DNA of 64,000 nt from Perna viridis (taxonomy: Eukaryota). Where the stretch lies: positions 18,092,618 through 18,156,617 of the forward strand of contig CM074525.1 of the NCBI GenBank assembly GCA_037379345.1. Reading direction: 5' to 3'. Position 1 is the stretch's first letter; each line of letters opens with the position of its first letter. The notes under the pieces are model-generated. The model did not search any database and was not told where the DNA came from. It saw only the letters and a program-made list of their open reading frames with translations. A program made the translations under genes and the position numbers. Shown here one piece after another: positions 12,480 to 26,700 of the stretch.

Positions 12480-15400
12480 CTACTGTCTTTGAAAATCACA
12501 CATGTTATCTTGTGTGAAGTATTGTCCATCTAGGGATTTTAAATCCTCCAGGGTTGTTTCCAAGTCATCTTCATTAAAACTTGTATTCTGCTCTAAATCG
12601 AGAGAGAGATTTTTCTTGGCAGCCATAAATTCAATGTCATCATCCACTACATCATTAACCATGTGGTCATCAATTCTTCCATGACTGAACTTTCTTTGTG
12701 GCTTCATGACCTGTGAACTTGGGTCTGAAATAACCTCTTGTTCATTGAAATTTGAAATGTAATTGGGAGCTTGCATTGAGCTATTTTGCAAGCTTGCTTT
12801 GATAGACTCAATTTGAAATGATTTTTCCTTTTCGTCATCAGTCAGAGGTAGATTGTGTCGTACATCATTACTCTGTAACAAATGTTCTGGCAATGAGAGA
12901 TTGTGTAAATCTGTTGATGGGCGCGACTTTTTCAAATCATACTTGTTGGACATCATTGCTAACTTGTACGAAAACGGAGCTGCGAGCACCTGGTCCGAAC
13001 TACTATTATGATCCTCCGTTACCACAGCCTCTTTCTGATGTGGTGCATTAAATGCTCCCTTGTTGTTAGGCAACACCCTTTTATCAACTGTACCCTGAAG
13101 TTGTGACAATAGAGCATCACTGTAAGATGGGGGAGGCCTCTGTGACGAATGTTCATTTCTGGGTAGAATGCTACCTATACCTATAAGATCTTTCCTTAAT
13201 TTGCCCTGCTCCCTGGCTTGCATGGAGAGTACTGCTGAGTTTGGCTGAGAGCTGGCTACAGTAACAACTGGTTTGATCAGGGTTACATTACTACTGATCT
13301 GAAGTTGTGAGCCTTGAATTGGAACAAAAGACTGACCTGGTCCAACAGCATCAATTGGACTCTGCATAATATTCCGACTTGGGGTCGGGCAAGGCGATTG
13401 TAACGGGTAAGGAGTAGATGTTTGGAAACGTGGAGATATAGTCAATGATACCGGACTGAACATATTGGCATCACTAGCAATGCTCTGAGCCGAGTCTGCT
13501 CTTGTTGACATAAAACTCGAGTTATATCCTGATGTAACTGATGTGTCACATGTTAGAGTATGAGACACAGGTGTGGGATTGAGTATAGGGCTTGCCCCTA
13601 CGCTACCATAACCAGGGTCTGAGAATGGTGTCTGATTGGTTACTCTATCGACAGAAGGTTCCCGTCTCTTCATTGTTGAGGAATGTATTGGACTAGGGAA
13701 AAGTGTTGGCGTTTGAACAGATCGTCTATCAACAGCAGAACTGGTCCGTTCCACTGATGGTGTTCTCTGTCTTCTACTGACTGGTCTTTGTGGACTAGCA
13801 AACTTTCCCTCATCCAGATTTGTAGGTTTTTCAAATCTCTGAACTGACCCAGACTTGTTTGTTTCCATGATTAAATTTTGACTAGCAAGCATTGCACTTG
13901 GCAAACTTTGGCTATGAATTGAGATTGTGTTAGTATTTCCCATAGGTGAAAGATCATTTGTAAATGTTGAGCTCCGGTTCAAACCTTCAGAGTAGTCCAT
14001 ATTTTGTTGTTTTAAGCCCAATTTGTCAATAACTTGATTATTGCCATCAAAACTGGAATAATTGGCACCGTTACTTTCAATCTCTGCAGAAATTCTACCC
14101 GTTACAATATCTGTTATGAAATCAGCTACATCTTTGGGCAAGTCACTGTCTTCTTCCATCGGTGTGTTTTCATCAGAGGTCATACTAAAACCTGAACTAC
14201 TCTGAAGAATCCTAGAGAGATCTTGTTCTTGGAGATTTTCAATATTGTTCATATTCTGATGTGATTTAGTAGCTGTTTCATTAACTGACTGAGCTGGTGT
14301 TAGTAGAATATGGGTGTCACCTAACTGATTTGCCTGGAAACTCTCACAGAGATGAGTAGAAACGTAAGTGGAGACTATAGCATCACCTGTAGCACAGTTA
14401 AGCCGAGGCTGTGGAGAAGGTACTGAATTAGGCTGACTAAACCCTGTCTCATGTTTGTCCATTTTTTGAAGGAAAGTTCTGACACTTTGATCAAGCTTTG
14501 ATTTTTCCTTCAACAATTGTTGTTGAGATTTCCTCCATGATAAAGAGTTCACCCCAACTGATGCAGATTGGACTATTTTCTGTGGATGATTATTTGTAGG
14601 ATGTTCTTGCTTATCGAGATCTACCAAGGCATCAATCTCAAGCATGCTTATATCAGGATAATGCTGGCTTCTGCTTTGTTTCAATGCTGATGTTTTTGAC
14701 ATTATACCAGAATATCCTTTATCTATCTCAATTGTACATGATCTGCTTTCTTTCCTGCTGTCATTGTTTTCTTCAAACAGATCCAATTCTATGATATCAT
14801 TTTCATCAGCAGAATTAAGACGTTTTCTTCCAAAACATCTAAATGGAGCTCCATCAGAGTTAAGGAACTTTCTTTTCCTACCACCAGGTGGCTCAATCTC
14901 AGAAGAACATCTGGATCCTGGTCTAGAATGTACTATCTGGTCCCCATCTTCAATTTTAGCAAACTTTGATGGTGTTTCACAACTAACTTCATCCATTTTT
15001 CCACCTTGCATTCTAATCAGATCATCAATATCCATTGTGTCCTCATCATTCAAGTTGGGACTTTCGACACTCTTCTTTTTCTCCCAGGATTCTTCGTTTT
15101 TCTTCTCACCATCTTTATCTAAGCAGAGTGTATTTGGTCTGGTTGCAGGAGATTTCTCAAGCGCCTTTTCTACCATCTGTGGAACTGGGTTAATTACATA
15201 AACTATGTCCCCAGACTTGCCAACAGGAATGAGGCCAGGAGGTATAACCTGTCCACTCTGAAACTTTTCTATCATTTCAGCACTGGCAATTAACGTGTTA
15301 GGTGTAGGCTGTTTTGGCATGCCTATGGCAAACAGATTTTTCACGCTAGCAGGCCCATCACCTCTCTCTGCTGGAATAATGAATGATCCAGCAGATGGTA

Positions 15401-17731
15401 AAACAGACTTACCATCTGCAGTTGAACACACCTGTGGATTGGCAGTACCAGAAGGCTTCAGTATTGATGATATGTTTTGGCCAGTGGTCCCAGTGACATT
15501 TTGAGCATCTAAATTCTTTTGTTTGTTTTTAAGTTCAGCTTCCCTTGCTCGTTTTTCTTTTAACAATTCAGAAACAGATTTAGATTTGTCATAAACAAAT
15601 GGCTCTGATGGCATGACTTTTGTATCCTTTAAAATTGATGAAATAGTAGAGGATGTCTTCACAGGTGAAGCTTTAGGACGAATAGATACAAATCGACTCT
15701 TTGAGGATTTCTTAGGTGTGGATGGATTGTTTGAATTTGAACTATTCGTTTCAGTCACTTCTACAAGGCTACTTGCAGAAGAAATTGAACTTGTTGTTGA
15801 TGTTGAGCATACACCTGTGAAAGATGGTGCTGATGATCTGCATGGTGAAGAAACTACTTTTGTAGAAGATGAAGATGAAACTATAATTGGAATATTTGTC
15901 ATGGTGATGCTGATTGGTGTTGTTGGAGTGACGGGCTGCTTGTGTGAAGCTACGGCTCGGGAAAATGAGGCAGTAGTCACAGAAGGCATGGCTACTGTAA
16001 TAGGTACAGAGGTACAAGGTGATAGTAGACTGGATACCACACTTCCTAGAGACGGCCTTGACCTGTTGACAACAGCTGAACTTTCACCTTTTGAACATAT
16101 ATTTGGATTAGCCTGGGATGTTGACTGAATTACAATATTTTGAATATGTGAGCTTTCAGTTTGGACAACAACTCCAGGCAAATTTTGTGCCATTTTGGAA
16201 TCTTGGCATGAAGTTGGCTGATTGGTTGGAATTGAAACGGACTGAGTTGGAACCTGCAATGGAAGAGGTGCCATTACTTGTGCTGGCAGAGAGGCAACAT
16301 TCTTTCCAATTTCGGGCAAATTAGTTTGCCCAACTATAATGCCCGTGCTTCCACCAATATTGATATTTGCAGGCAGAATAATTTTTCCATCCACAGCTAC
16401 AATTTGTTGGGATATTAAGCTGCTATTGTTCACAACGTAAGAATTCAACGCTTTATGTGAAGCTGGGGAAACAGATACTTGATCACTAGTGGAAATATTT
16501 GCCACTGAAGTTGCCATGCTACTGGGAGCTATTATCCCACTCTGTACCACTGGTTGAAATGCTATTTTAGAAACTGGTTCAGCACAGTTGGGGGTTATTT
16601 CAGAAACACTCACTTTGGTATCTTCGACTTTGACCAATTGGCTGGGACCAACAACTTGTTCTATTTGTTCAAGTAAGTGGGACGGAAGTTTAGTGATATC
16701 AAAGTTATTAGGAACAGTAACATAAATCTGACCATCACTTTGTGTCAAACTTATTGGCGGACTCTTACACATATCGGCATTGCCCTCTTTCCTATTGTGT
16801 ATCTGAGAGAATGGGACAAAAGCACTCCTAGATGAATGGCTGGAAGTTTTGATCAGAGTCGTAGCATCACTATCATTACTTTCTCTATTAGTCTGACCAT
16901 TGTCATTTCTTGAATTGTCATTGACAGACTGAATGTTTTTATTTGACGGAGAATTGTGCCAGTCATTGGCAGAGATAACGGACGGTTTCCTAATGACATG
17001 ATGTGACGGACTAGACAGATTGTCAGGATTTATTTCTATAGACACAACACTTTTTTTAATTGGACGGTTTCCATCAACTTCATCAGAAGTCCTCCTTTCG
17101 TCTTGTATAATTCTATTCAAAGACCCAATTTCACATGAATCTATTGAAGGAATAGTACCAAAGTCTTTGTTTTGTTCAGTTTTTCTAGCAACACAATTTG
17201 TAACTTGAACACTTCTGGCTTGATTAGGAATGCCTTGTGTTATAACAGAAGTTTGGGGGTTTTCTATGAACACATTTTGTATATCTTTTGTCTGTTTATC
17301 AATTTTTGGCTCAGATATATTACTTTGCACCTTTTTAATTGATTGCAAAGATGGTTCCTTTTCAACACTAATCATTTCAACATCAGCATCAGAGATTGAC
17401 TTTGAACGTTCATTTTTCTCACTGTTTTTTTGCTCAACAATAAATGCTTGACTTTGCAGAACTTTCCCTTGCACACTTTTTGACCTCCCAATGTTGCTAT
17501 CTTCGAACAGCCTTTTAGCGGGAGATTTCATCACATGTACTGACGGGGAAGTGATAAAAGGAGTCTGCCTATCCTGACATTCTTTTAACTTGAGTTCATT
17601 TTCCTCTCTTTGCTGCTGAAGTTTTTTCTTCTGCTCACGAAGAAGTTTACCCTCCTGTATTTTCCTCTGAAGAAGCATTTGTGTTTCTCTGCGTCTGTCT
17701 CCACCAGTGATATTGGAAAACAAGGATGGCT
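12480..17731 (-). CDS. RFX7: RFX7 terminal coding exon, 5252 nt, S/T/P/Q-rich and probably disordered
   Basis: TTTTAG acceptor at 17732-33 in phase 1 with exon 7; uninterrupted 1747-aa ORF ending in TAG at 12480. Confidence 0.92.
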
Positions 17732-20700
17732 CTAAAACAGATAAAAAGTTACAATGACACAGTGTTTCACATATCAGTCTAGGTAAGAATCAAGCCTTTG
17801 GTGAAACCCCACCATTTTGACAGTGTATTTCTTGTGCAATCAGGCAAGCACTTAAAAGTGTCTGAAGTTCAAAATTTACTCTAGATGCGGCAGCCAGCCT
17901 TCTCTTAAATTGCAAGAATCTTGCAAAGTCGGGAAAAGGTGAATGATTTTACAATTGTCAAATGACATATGGTTTGAATAACGCCTGAGTTTCGAAAGGC
18001 CTGTCTGCTGCGGTAAGTAAGAGAGGAAACGAACTTCTGCTGTCACGTTGAGCTTGACAATCATGATCAAGGAATAAGAATATTTTTTTTATTTTTGGTC
18101 AAATGAGTTACAACATAAGTGTTTTTATTTAGAGCTGGATGATGGCAAAAATCACTGGATATTGGTGTAATATTTCCAGTTATTCTGATTTCCCCAGCCC
18201 GTGAATTCTTTTCTTCCTGAGATGTTCCTTCTATTCAAAAACTTAATGAATACACTGTAACATCATTGAAATGCAATGCCATTGAACATTTCATGGGCAG
18301 ATAACTGTGTCACAATCCTTAATCTTTCATCATTCTAATGAATAATTTTCATATACAGTGATGCAGATATCAAGAAAAAATAATTTAATACAGAGAACAC
18401 TTCCTCAATTGAAACTATATTGGCATATCACTACATTCTTACATGCATGTTTCAGATATTTCCCATTTTGCCTGATTCTTACATAGGCTTATACCATGTA
18501 CATGATGACTGATTAAGGAGGTAGATCTAGGGTAAGGGACACAACTCTTAAAAATCATTGGAACGTTTGTATTCAGAATTTTACATCAATCTTACATTTT
18601 TGTTTATAAGCATCTAATTAACTTGGATTCATTTTATTCTGCTTCAATGAAAGCTTGAAAGACTTTGGTGAAATTGAATATGTCCCTTACACTAGGTCTA
18701 CCTCCTTAAAATAACGATGTGCTAGTAATAGGTTACAATTACATTATGGTTCATTAAATAATTCCATTGACAGAGGGATTCATTCAACAGTTACAATGAC
18801 TTATTGATTGAATGTTAGTTACAACAGTATCAGTTTTGTATGCAGTCTAGTTTTCTTCTCTTCAGTTTGTACGTTTTATATTTTTCTGTAGTGAACTCAT
18901 CACTACAGAAGTTCTATGGTCGTCATCATGAACTTGTGGATCGTTCAGGTGTATCCATCTGTGCCATGAAAACTGTTCAGCTTTCCTTTCCTTTTCCTTG
19001 TATTTTATTCATTTCAATGTCATATATTTCAATGATTAGTTACAGTGACACTTTTTTTTGTAGTTATGTTTCTCAATCGGGCTTTAGAAAATGATTTTAT
19101 GTTCCAAAATAAGTGCAGTCCATATTATCACCTATTGGTATCATTACCTACACAATGTAATCATATTCTACAATGTGTAAACAGAAAATAACAGACAGAC
19201 AGTTTTACTATAAAAGACCTGTCAACTGAGAGATATAAGTAAAAAGCAGTGGAAGAGCTGAAAACACCTAGCGAAGGGGAGGGTTGCAATTGTCATGCTG
19301 CAGAGTGAGTGATATTAGCCATCTGATTATTTCTAAATGCATAAAGAAGAAGGGGAGAGTTGCATTTGTCAAAGGAGACTACTGTTGGCTTTAAAACATT
19401 TAAATGCATTTTCAAGAAGCATCAAATTGAAATTGAATATTTGGAAAAACTAAAACATCAAACAAATTTGGATAAGAAATGAAAAAAAAAGGTCTTTTTT
19501 TTTTAAACTGTAATATGAACATTTAAATGCATAAAACAGTAGTATGAGCCAAACGTCATGAACATTACACTTAAATAGTATTGGCTGACAGGTCTACAAT
19601 AATAAAATCTTTTTAAAGTCATACATGACTTGTACACGAAAAACCAACCTTTAATGTTCTGAATGCCGGCATCTTCCATGGCAGCGATGACAGTGAACGC
19701 TGCCACAGATTTACTGTTAACACATAGATTACTGATGAGGTACTCTGCCAAGTCTTTGATTCCCTGGAAGTTAGCATTAAGTAACTTGTGTGCCCATTCA
19801 CAGACTAATTGGCAGGAGGCTGTGTGGATTTCATCATCTTCATTTCCTGGCTGTGAAGTTAAAACAATATGTATAATAGATTACTGAAACAAGAAGTTGT
19901 CAGTCTAAAATTTGTTGTAGGTATTGAAGTCACAATGATTTGTTTATGAAATCATTAATTAAAACTAATTTTACATGTACAACTTACAAAAGATTCCTTA
20001 TATTGTCTATTGGACTGCCATTAGGTCAATTAATATGAAGCAGGTTTAATCTATAAGAGGATGAGGTTGAATAATCATGCCTTTTACAGTTTTCCATCAA
20101 CTATGATAAATTCTTTTTCGTATTTTAACAAAATTTTAAAATGGTAGTCATTAACTGACAAAGATTTTGTTTTTGTTAAAGATATGAAACTAAAAAGGAT
20201 CCTCACTCAATATAACAGGTTAACTTCCAGTTGGACTCAAACTGGACTTTCAGTGCTTCTAAGGTTAAAGTTTAAATCTGTACAGTAATGAGGACTTCAT
20301 CCTTTATATACTTTGGATTATCTCCCTTATAAGCATTTAACTTCATATATATCTTCATATGATGTCCAACTTTCATTCCAAATCACATCACAAATTCATT
20401 GACAAGTTGATGTACATGTAAGTAAAGTTTACAAGGACCACTGATGGATAAATATTCCAATATAACTCTGTAACGGTTTGTAAGAGTACATGTACGAACA
20501 AAAATGTCTTAGTTAAAACTCCTATATCACAACCTAACTGAAAATAAGACAATTAGGACAGAATATAATAATAGGAGGTGTGTTATGACTGCCAATGAGA
20601 TAGTAATCCACCAAATGCCAAGCAACGAAGAATAAAAGTTCTACAGGTCATCAGAAGCTGGGGAGAACATTCTTTCTACTTTAATGCAATTAAAGTTAAG

Positions 20701-23700
20701 ATATTATAGGTGTGATAAATAGGCCTATCTAAATAGCCATACTGATTAGTACAAAAAATCAACATATTACTGAAAATATAACACACAAACATGTAAACTG
20801 AGGAAACCACTCTCAGAAAACAGCAATAAGTATTGTGAAATTAAATTCAAGGGGTCATACCAACTACCAATTAGGTATCCATTAACCCAAATTTTTAAAC
20901 TGATTTCTTTTTTTGTACTTAAACAATACTTACAGTAGTCGTGGGTGCGATCTCCAGTTCTGGTAATGTAGGAGGCTGTACATCAAGCTTCTTTCTGAGC
21001 CCTCCATAACAATATGTGCAACAGAGTCAAGGATAAAAATATCGATATTTTTGATAGGTCATAAATAGGTCAAGTGAACATCAAAACAAAAATTCATTCT
21101 GTACAAATGACATCAAATGAAAGAAGGATTTATTGTGTAAAAATATATTCTATATTGTCATTTAAAAAAAAAACCTACAAAATACAATTTTAAGCCTTTT
21201 TTTCTTAATCAATTTTTATCAGTTGTATTTCACAGGAATACTGTGAAAGTACTTTTATTTGTGGGTACCAATTTTTGTGGTTTAGGGGAAATTGATCAGT
21301 TCATAGATTCTTGAATTTGTGAATTTGACAACTCTATCATACAAATGGGGAACTTCCTTTATGTTGAGAACCCAAATTTCGTGGTTTACAAGACCAACAA
21401 AAAAATGGTACCTGACGAACAATAATAATTTCACAGTATCAAAAATTGTTAATTTGTCAGTCATGCTGTTAAAAATTTTAGTTATCTACTTTGAAGTACA
21501 ATTACTTAAAATTGTTTATTCTAATTTCAATTAATTTCAACCATATTAAAAATCAAGAAATTGAGCAGAAGACTTTTTCAATATCTGCAATACACTCAAA
21601 AAGATTTAGACAGCTTCGAGCATAAATAATTTGAGCTGACTTTGAACTTAGGTTAAATGACCGGTAATACATGCACAGAATAAGAGATTTTTACGTCAAG
21701 ACAGAAAATATCCGTATAAGGCTGATAGGACAAAATGTGATGCTTCATTGAGACAATCCAGGGATGATTTAACCAGGTCTACAAACAAAGCAGAAATTGG
21801 CAAAATTGGAAATAAATATATAGTAAAAAAAGAATCTGACAGTAAAATCTGAATGAAACAGGGAATTCCGTGAAAAAACGGAAAAAAAAGCATCACTGAC
21901 ATTCAAATCTGGTGTTACTCTGTTCATTGTCAATTCTACTTAAAATTGTAAGCGTAAATCACAGTATAATATGTTTGAGTATCGCGACAGTTTACTGAAA
22001 TAAAATATTAGGTAGTAAGTACAAAAAAAAACGTTTTTTTACTATATATTTATTTCCAATTTAAGTATCACGACAGTTTACTGAAATAAAATATTAGGTA
22101 GTAAGTACAAAAAAAAAACTTTTTTTACTATATATTTATTTCCAATTTAAGTATCACGACAGTTTACTGAAATAAAATATTAGGTAGTAAGTACAAAAAA
22201 AACGTTTTTTTTACTATATATTTATTTCCAATTTAAGTACCACGACAGTTTACTGAAATAAAATATTAGGTAGTAAGTACAAAAAGAACGGTTAAAGTTG
22301 ATGGTAGTCAAGGATATCTAGATTGTCCTCGTTGCCCAAGTCTTCGTGGTTTAACGTTTGGAAAGACGGATTTCATTAACTTCCCAAAGTCCGCTGTACT
22401 TAAAGCCTTGATATCATGGGTTTCACAATACCATCTGAAAAAATATAAATATCTATCTATAAGTAAAAATAAAGATCCATGGCCTTTGTTCAATTTTCTG
22501 TGAAATAAAATGGCTCTTGTGATCTGACAATAGTGTGCTCAAGTGGGATGACAACCTAATATTGTACATTAGTACATTCAGTGTTTTGAGGAGTTGCTTC
22601 TATTACCTAGGACTGCACACTGAAAGTAAGGTTATAGGTAAGTGTGTCAACCATATGAGTCTGCTTAACTGATCCAACTTTAGGGGTAAATATTAGGAAA
22701 TACAAGCAAGTATATATTTTCTTTATGTTCAACTAAATTTTACCCAAAAGTTTGGTAAACCAGCTTAAAATCTACAGGCCATGGACTACTTGGCGACTGA
22801 CAATTTTTATCCCAGATTTGTTACTCTGTAGGTATGATTTTAGTTACTTTATGTTCTTTGCAGTGTATGTCTGTTTTCCATGTTTGGTCTTTGTCCCTGG
22901 ATTACATTCTTTTGATTTCCACTAGAACCTTGGTTCCCTTGATTACTCTTTTTGTCCTTATGCAATATGTATTTTGTTGTTTTGGAGTTACTAGTAACGG
23001 TGGTCTAAATCTTGTAGAAAGCCGCTTTAACAGTAGAAAAGTCACATTGCATTCTGAATAAGGGATCCCAATCAACTTCACATCCGGTCATACAAAATAT
23101 CATGATTTAAGGAGGTAGATCTACGGTAAGGAACATAACTCTTATAAATCATTGAAACATTAGTATTCAACATTTTACATCAATCTCATGTAAACATCAA
23201 AGTAACTTGGACTGATTTCATTCAGTTTCAAATGAAGGCTTGGTAGGCTGAGGTAAAATTGAATATGATACAAACATATCACTGATTTAAATAGTTATGT
23301 CCCTTACCCTAGGTCTACTTCCTTAAGCATTTACAGTGTTTCATGGTTATTAGGGTATTTTTTGGTCTGTTTGGAAAAATAAATGTGTCTTTTAAAACTT
23401 AAATAAACCTTTAAAATATGAATAAAATTGAAGTATATAGATATACATGAAGTTGATTTGTAACAAGCATTCTTATTGGACATTCCCTTTATGCAAATCT
23501 GGTTTTTTTGTATAATGTTTTGGTCTGTGACATTATTAACATAGATTATTTCACACTCTGCAATTCTAATAATAATAATAATAAATTATACAAAATGTTA
23601 AAATCAGAAACATTGCTTAAAAAATGATTTTGAAATATGTCATTTACAAAACAGTGTACATGTATTGTAATAACGATGTCACAACTAGTGACTTGTACAT

Positions 23701-26700
23701 GCGTGGAAAATAAAATTAGTTTAGCCGTACTTATAATCCTCATAGACATCCTGTTTGGGTAGACATATTTGTTCATCTTCCTCCAGGTGTGATTTTATCC
23801 ATGTATATGTCTGAGCCTGCTGTGTTCTGTTTGGTTTCTGTATTCCCACTGATGTAGGAGTTCTGAGAAAATAGAAAAAAAATGTACATGTACATGTATA
23901 TGTGCTGATAACTAGATACATGTAATCTAGATATCAAAGACAAGGAAAAGTTTTAGTGAATTCTTTTTGAAAAATAACAAATTGGCTTTTCGTCTATGTT
24001 ATCTATTACAAAAACTTCTGTCAAAGATAAATGGAAGAAGTTAGCACAAACAAGGAGAAGTTATCGCTCATTTTTTTTTTTTCATTTACATCTAAAATAG
24101 GCCTTGGTTCATTGTATGTTTACTATTAACTCAAACATCTGGTAATTCTGACTGTGATGGATAATATCTACTGGTTATAATCTTCATTGATTCTTCCAAC
24201 CTTATTTTATTCAAACTTGCCAAAGGTGCAAACTAATGTCGGTCCGAGGTCAGGGACTAACAGTCTCTGACCTAGGACCTCTGAAATTTTTTTTACATGT
24301 TACCTAGCTTTTGTTCTTACTTTCTTAAATCTTTGCAGGAGTCCCCTGTAGGTAACTTCAGATACAGAAACAGCTTCTCTACATCTGATAAACTTTTTAC
24401 TTCACTCTGAAAAAAAAAACCAAAAAAAAAAAACAGTAAAATTGACATTGATTTTTGTAAAATGGTTCGGTACAATGTGCCTACTTCAGCATTCATTCAG
24501 ACCTAATTTTCAATGGTTTAAAAATTCATGTAGCAAAAAGCAAAAATAATATCTATAAGGCCAAAATAAAAATATATGTGTTTCCCATTTACAAGTACAT
24601 TGTTTCAAAATGGGATAGGTAGGTATTTTTTTTGTTCTTTTTTGACAGGGTTGAATGAACATGGACATAGTATGTTGACACAAAACTGACCAGTTTGACT
24701 TGCATACAATCCATACTAAATCTTTAACTAGTAAATGGGACTGTACCTCAAAAGCATTTTCTGGTTTTGGGGTCAGTGCACGTGTTGCACTCTACAACAA
24801 GTGTGTGGCATTTAGGTAATTCTCTGTGGCATATTGTGAAAACCAGCAATGTTTGATGGTAAGCAGGCAAAGAATACTGTTCCAAGTTGTTTCCAAATGC
24901 ACAGCCAGCAGACTTCTTGTGGCCAACAAGTGTGCTGCCATTGTTGTTTTGGACAGGAACACAGACATATCATAATTTTTTGCTGGATTTTTTATTTTAC
25001 CCCAAAAAGCGTAAAAAAAAACTATGGGACCAGATAGGGTAAGTCGGGTAATCAAAAACACACCAACTTTTTTGGCCTGATAATCATATAAAAATTCTAG
25101 AAAATTTGATTGGCTGTTGTGTTATTGTCTACAAAATCTGATTGGTTGTTTGTTTCACATTGTTTATAACACCGCATTGGTTGGAAGCCACATTGTGATA
25201 TTTCTCATGCCATTTTCCAGCAACAAATGGTGACCTCATTGTTGGAAGAGTAATCAAGGAAACCAAGGTTATAGGGGTAATCAAAAGAACGCAATCCAGG
25301 GACAAAGACCAGACATGGAAAACAGACATACACAACAAAGAACATAAAGTAACTAAAATCATACATACAAAGTAACAAAAGCAAATGAGCAACTCGGATG
25401 AAGGCATAAATTTCTGCCATGGCAGATGTTGAATGTCAAGCAGATAAATATTCACAGAGAAAAAGGTTTTATTACTTTTAAAATATAAATATCACAAAAC
25501 ATCAACTAAGTGTAACTTTATATATTTACAATATCTAACCAAACTAGTCAAAATATTTATTGATTCACTTTTTATATCTATTAGATAATAAATTGACATA
25601 TATGATGTAATAATATCAATATTTCAACAAAGAAGTCATCTTCACATCAAAGCTATTTTTTTTGTTATAAAACACAGATGGCAATATACGTATACCTGAA
25701 CATGTACATGTATATACATTTTGTACTATAATTTCATGGAATGTAATATAAATTTTGGAAATCTCTCTAATAATCAGATGGGGTGATTCATTCAAAAACC
25801 TGCAATTTAATGTACCAAATTCACTTCTTTTTCGTATTCAGAAACAGTTACAGAACGTATAATCAGTCTTAGGCCATACAAAAAAAAATGCCTAAGTTCT
25901 CATGTCACTTTTTTTTTCAATTGATGCAGGAGGGAGGCTTTTTTATTTTTTTTTGATCAGTAGCAAGTTTTCTTTTTTTTTTGAGAAATTTCAATGAATT
26001 GAACAATTCTGTAAACGTGCAGTGGGTTGAGAAGTTAAATAAAATACTTCATGGCATTGAAACTTTACTGCAATATGAGATGTGGCAAGTAATAAAAGCC
26101 ATCTCTCAGCCACGAGACAAACTTTTTTAAATGTTCAATGATAAATAACAGCCTCATTCGCATCATACTTTTTACCTTTCTGTTAAGCGCGCAGATGACT
26201 CCGTTAACTAAATAAGGGTCAATTCTGGACTGAATATGGAAATTTCCGGTACAGATATCAAATTTATGGATTTTACCGTAATAAAAACCCCAGATGCAGG
26301 ATTGTTTTTAGGGATGCAGCGGGGCCTGAGAACCTAGCATTTCTTTTAGCCTTATTCAGTTGTGCACTTCCAAGATAAAAATTCTATAGTCACTTTGAGA
26401 AAGTTAAATTGTTTTGGATTCAGTTTAAATTGGTTGATTTCAGTGAGAGATGAACGCATGGGTTTCTCTAAAAGATCTGTATACAGAAAGGACTAATGTT
26501 AAGTAGCAAATGTAGACCCTAAAGCATCCTTCTGTTCCTTTGGGGTTTTTTCTACAGACATGAATCACCTCCACTATACATTGCACGTAGTGTCTGAATT
26601 TTATATGGATTGGTACTAAATACATGTTGTGTACACTTACTACTATTCTGTTGATTGTATTCTGAGCTTCTTTGCTACAATTAGAAAAAACAGATACAAA

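Larger units (their letters stand above)
21016..22317 (-). other. U12-type (minor spliceosome) AT-AC intron of RFX7
   Basis: 5' end ATATCCTTGA; branch site TCCTTGAC at 21033-21026; 3' end TTGCAC; removal restores RGQS-R-YCYGGLRKK. Confidence 0.95.

Noticed and set aside
12502-17451. Plus-strand ORFs of 60-171 aa inside the large RFX7 exon
   Set aside because: Antisense shadows of the coding exon; no independent support
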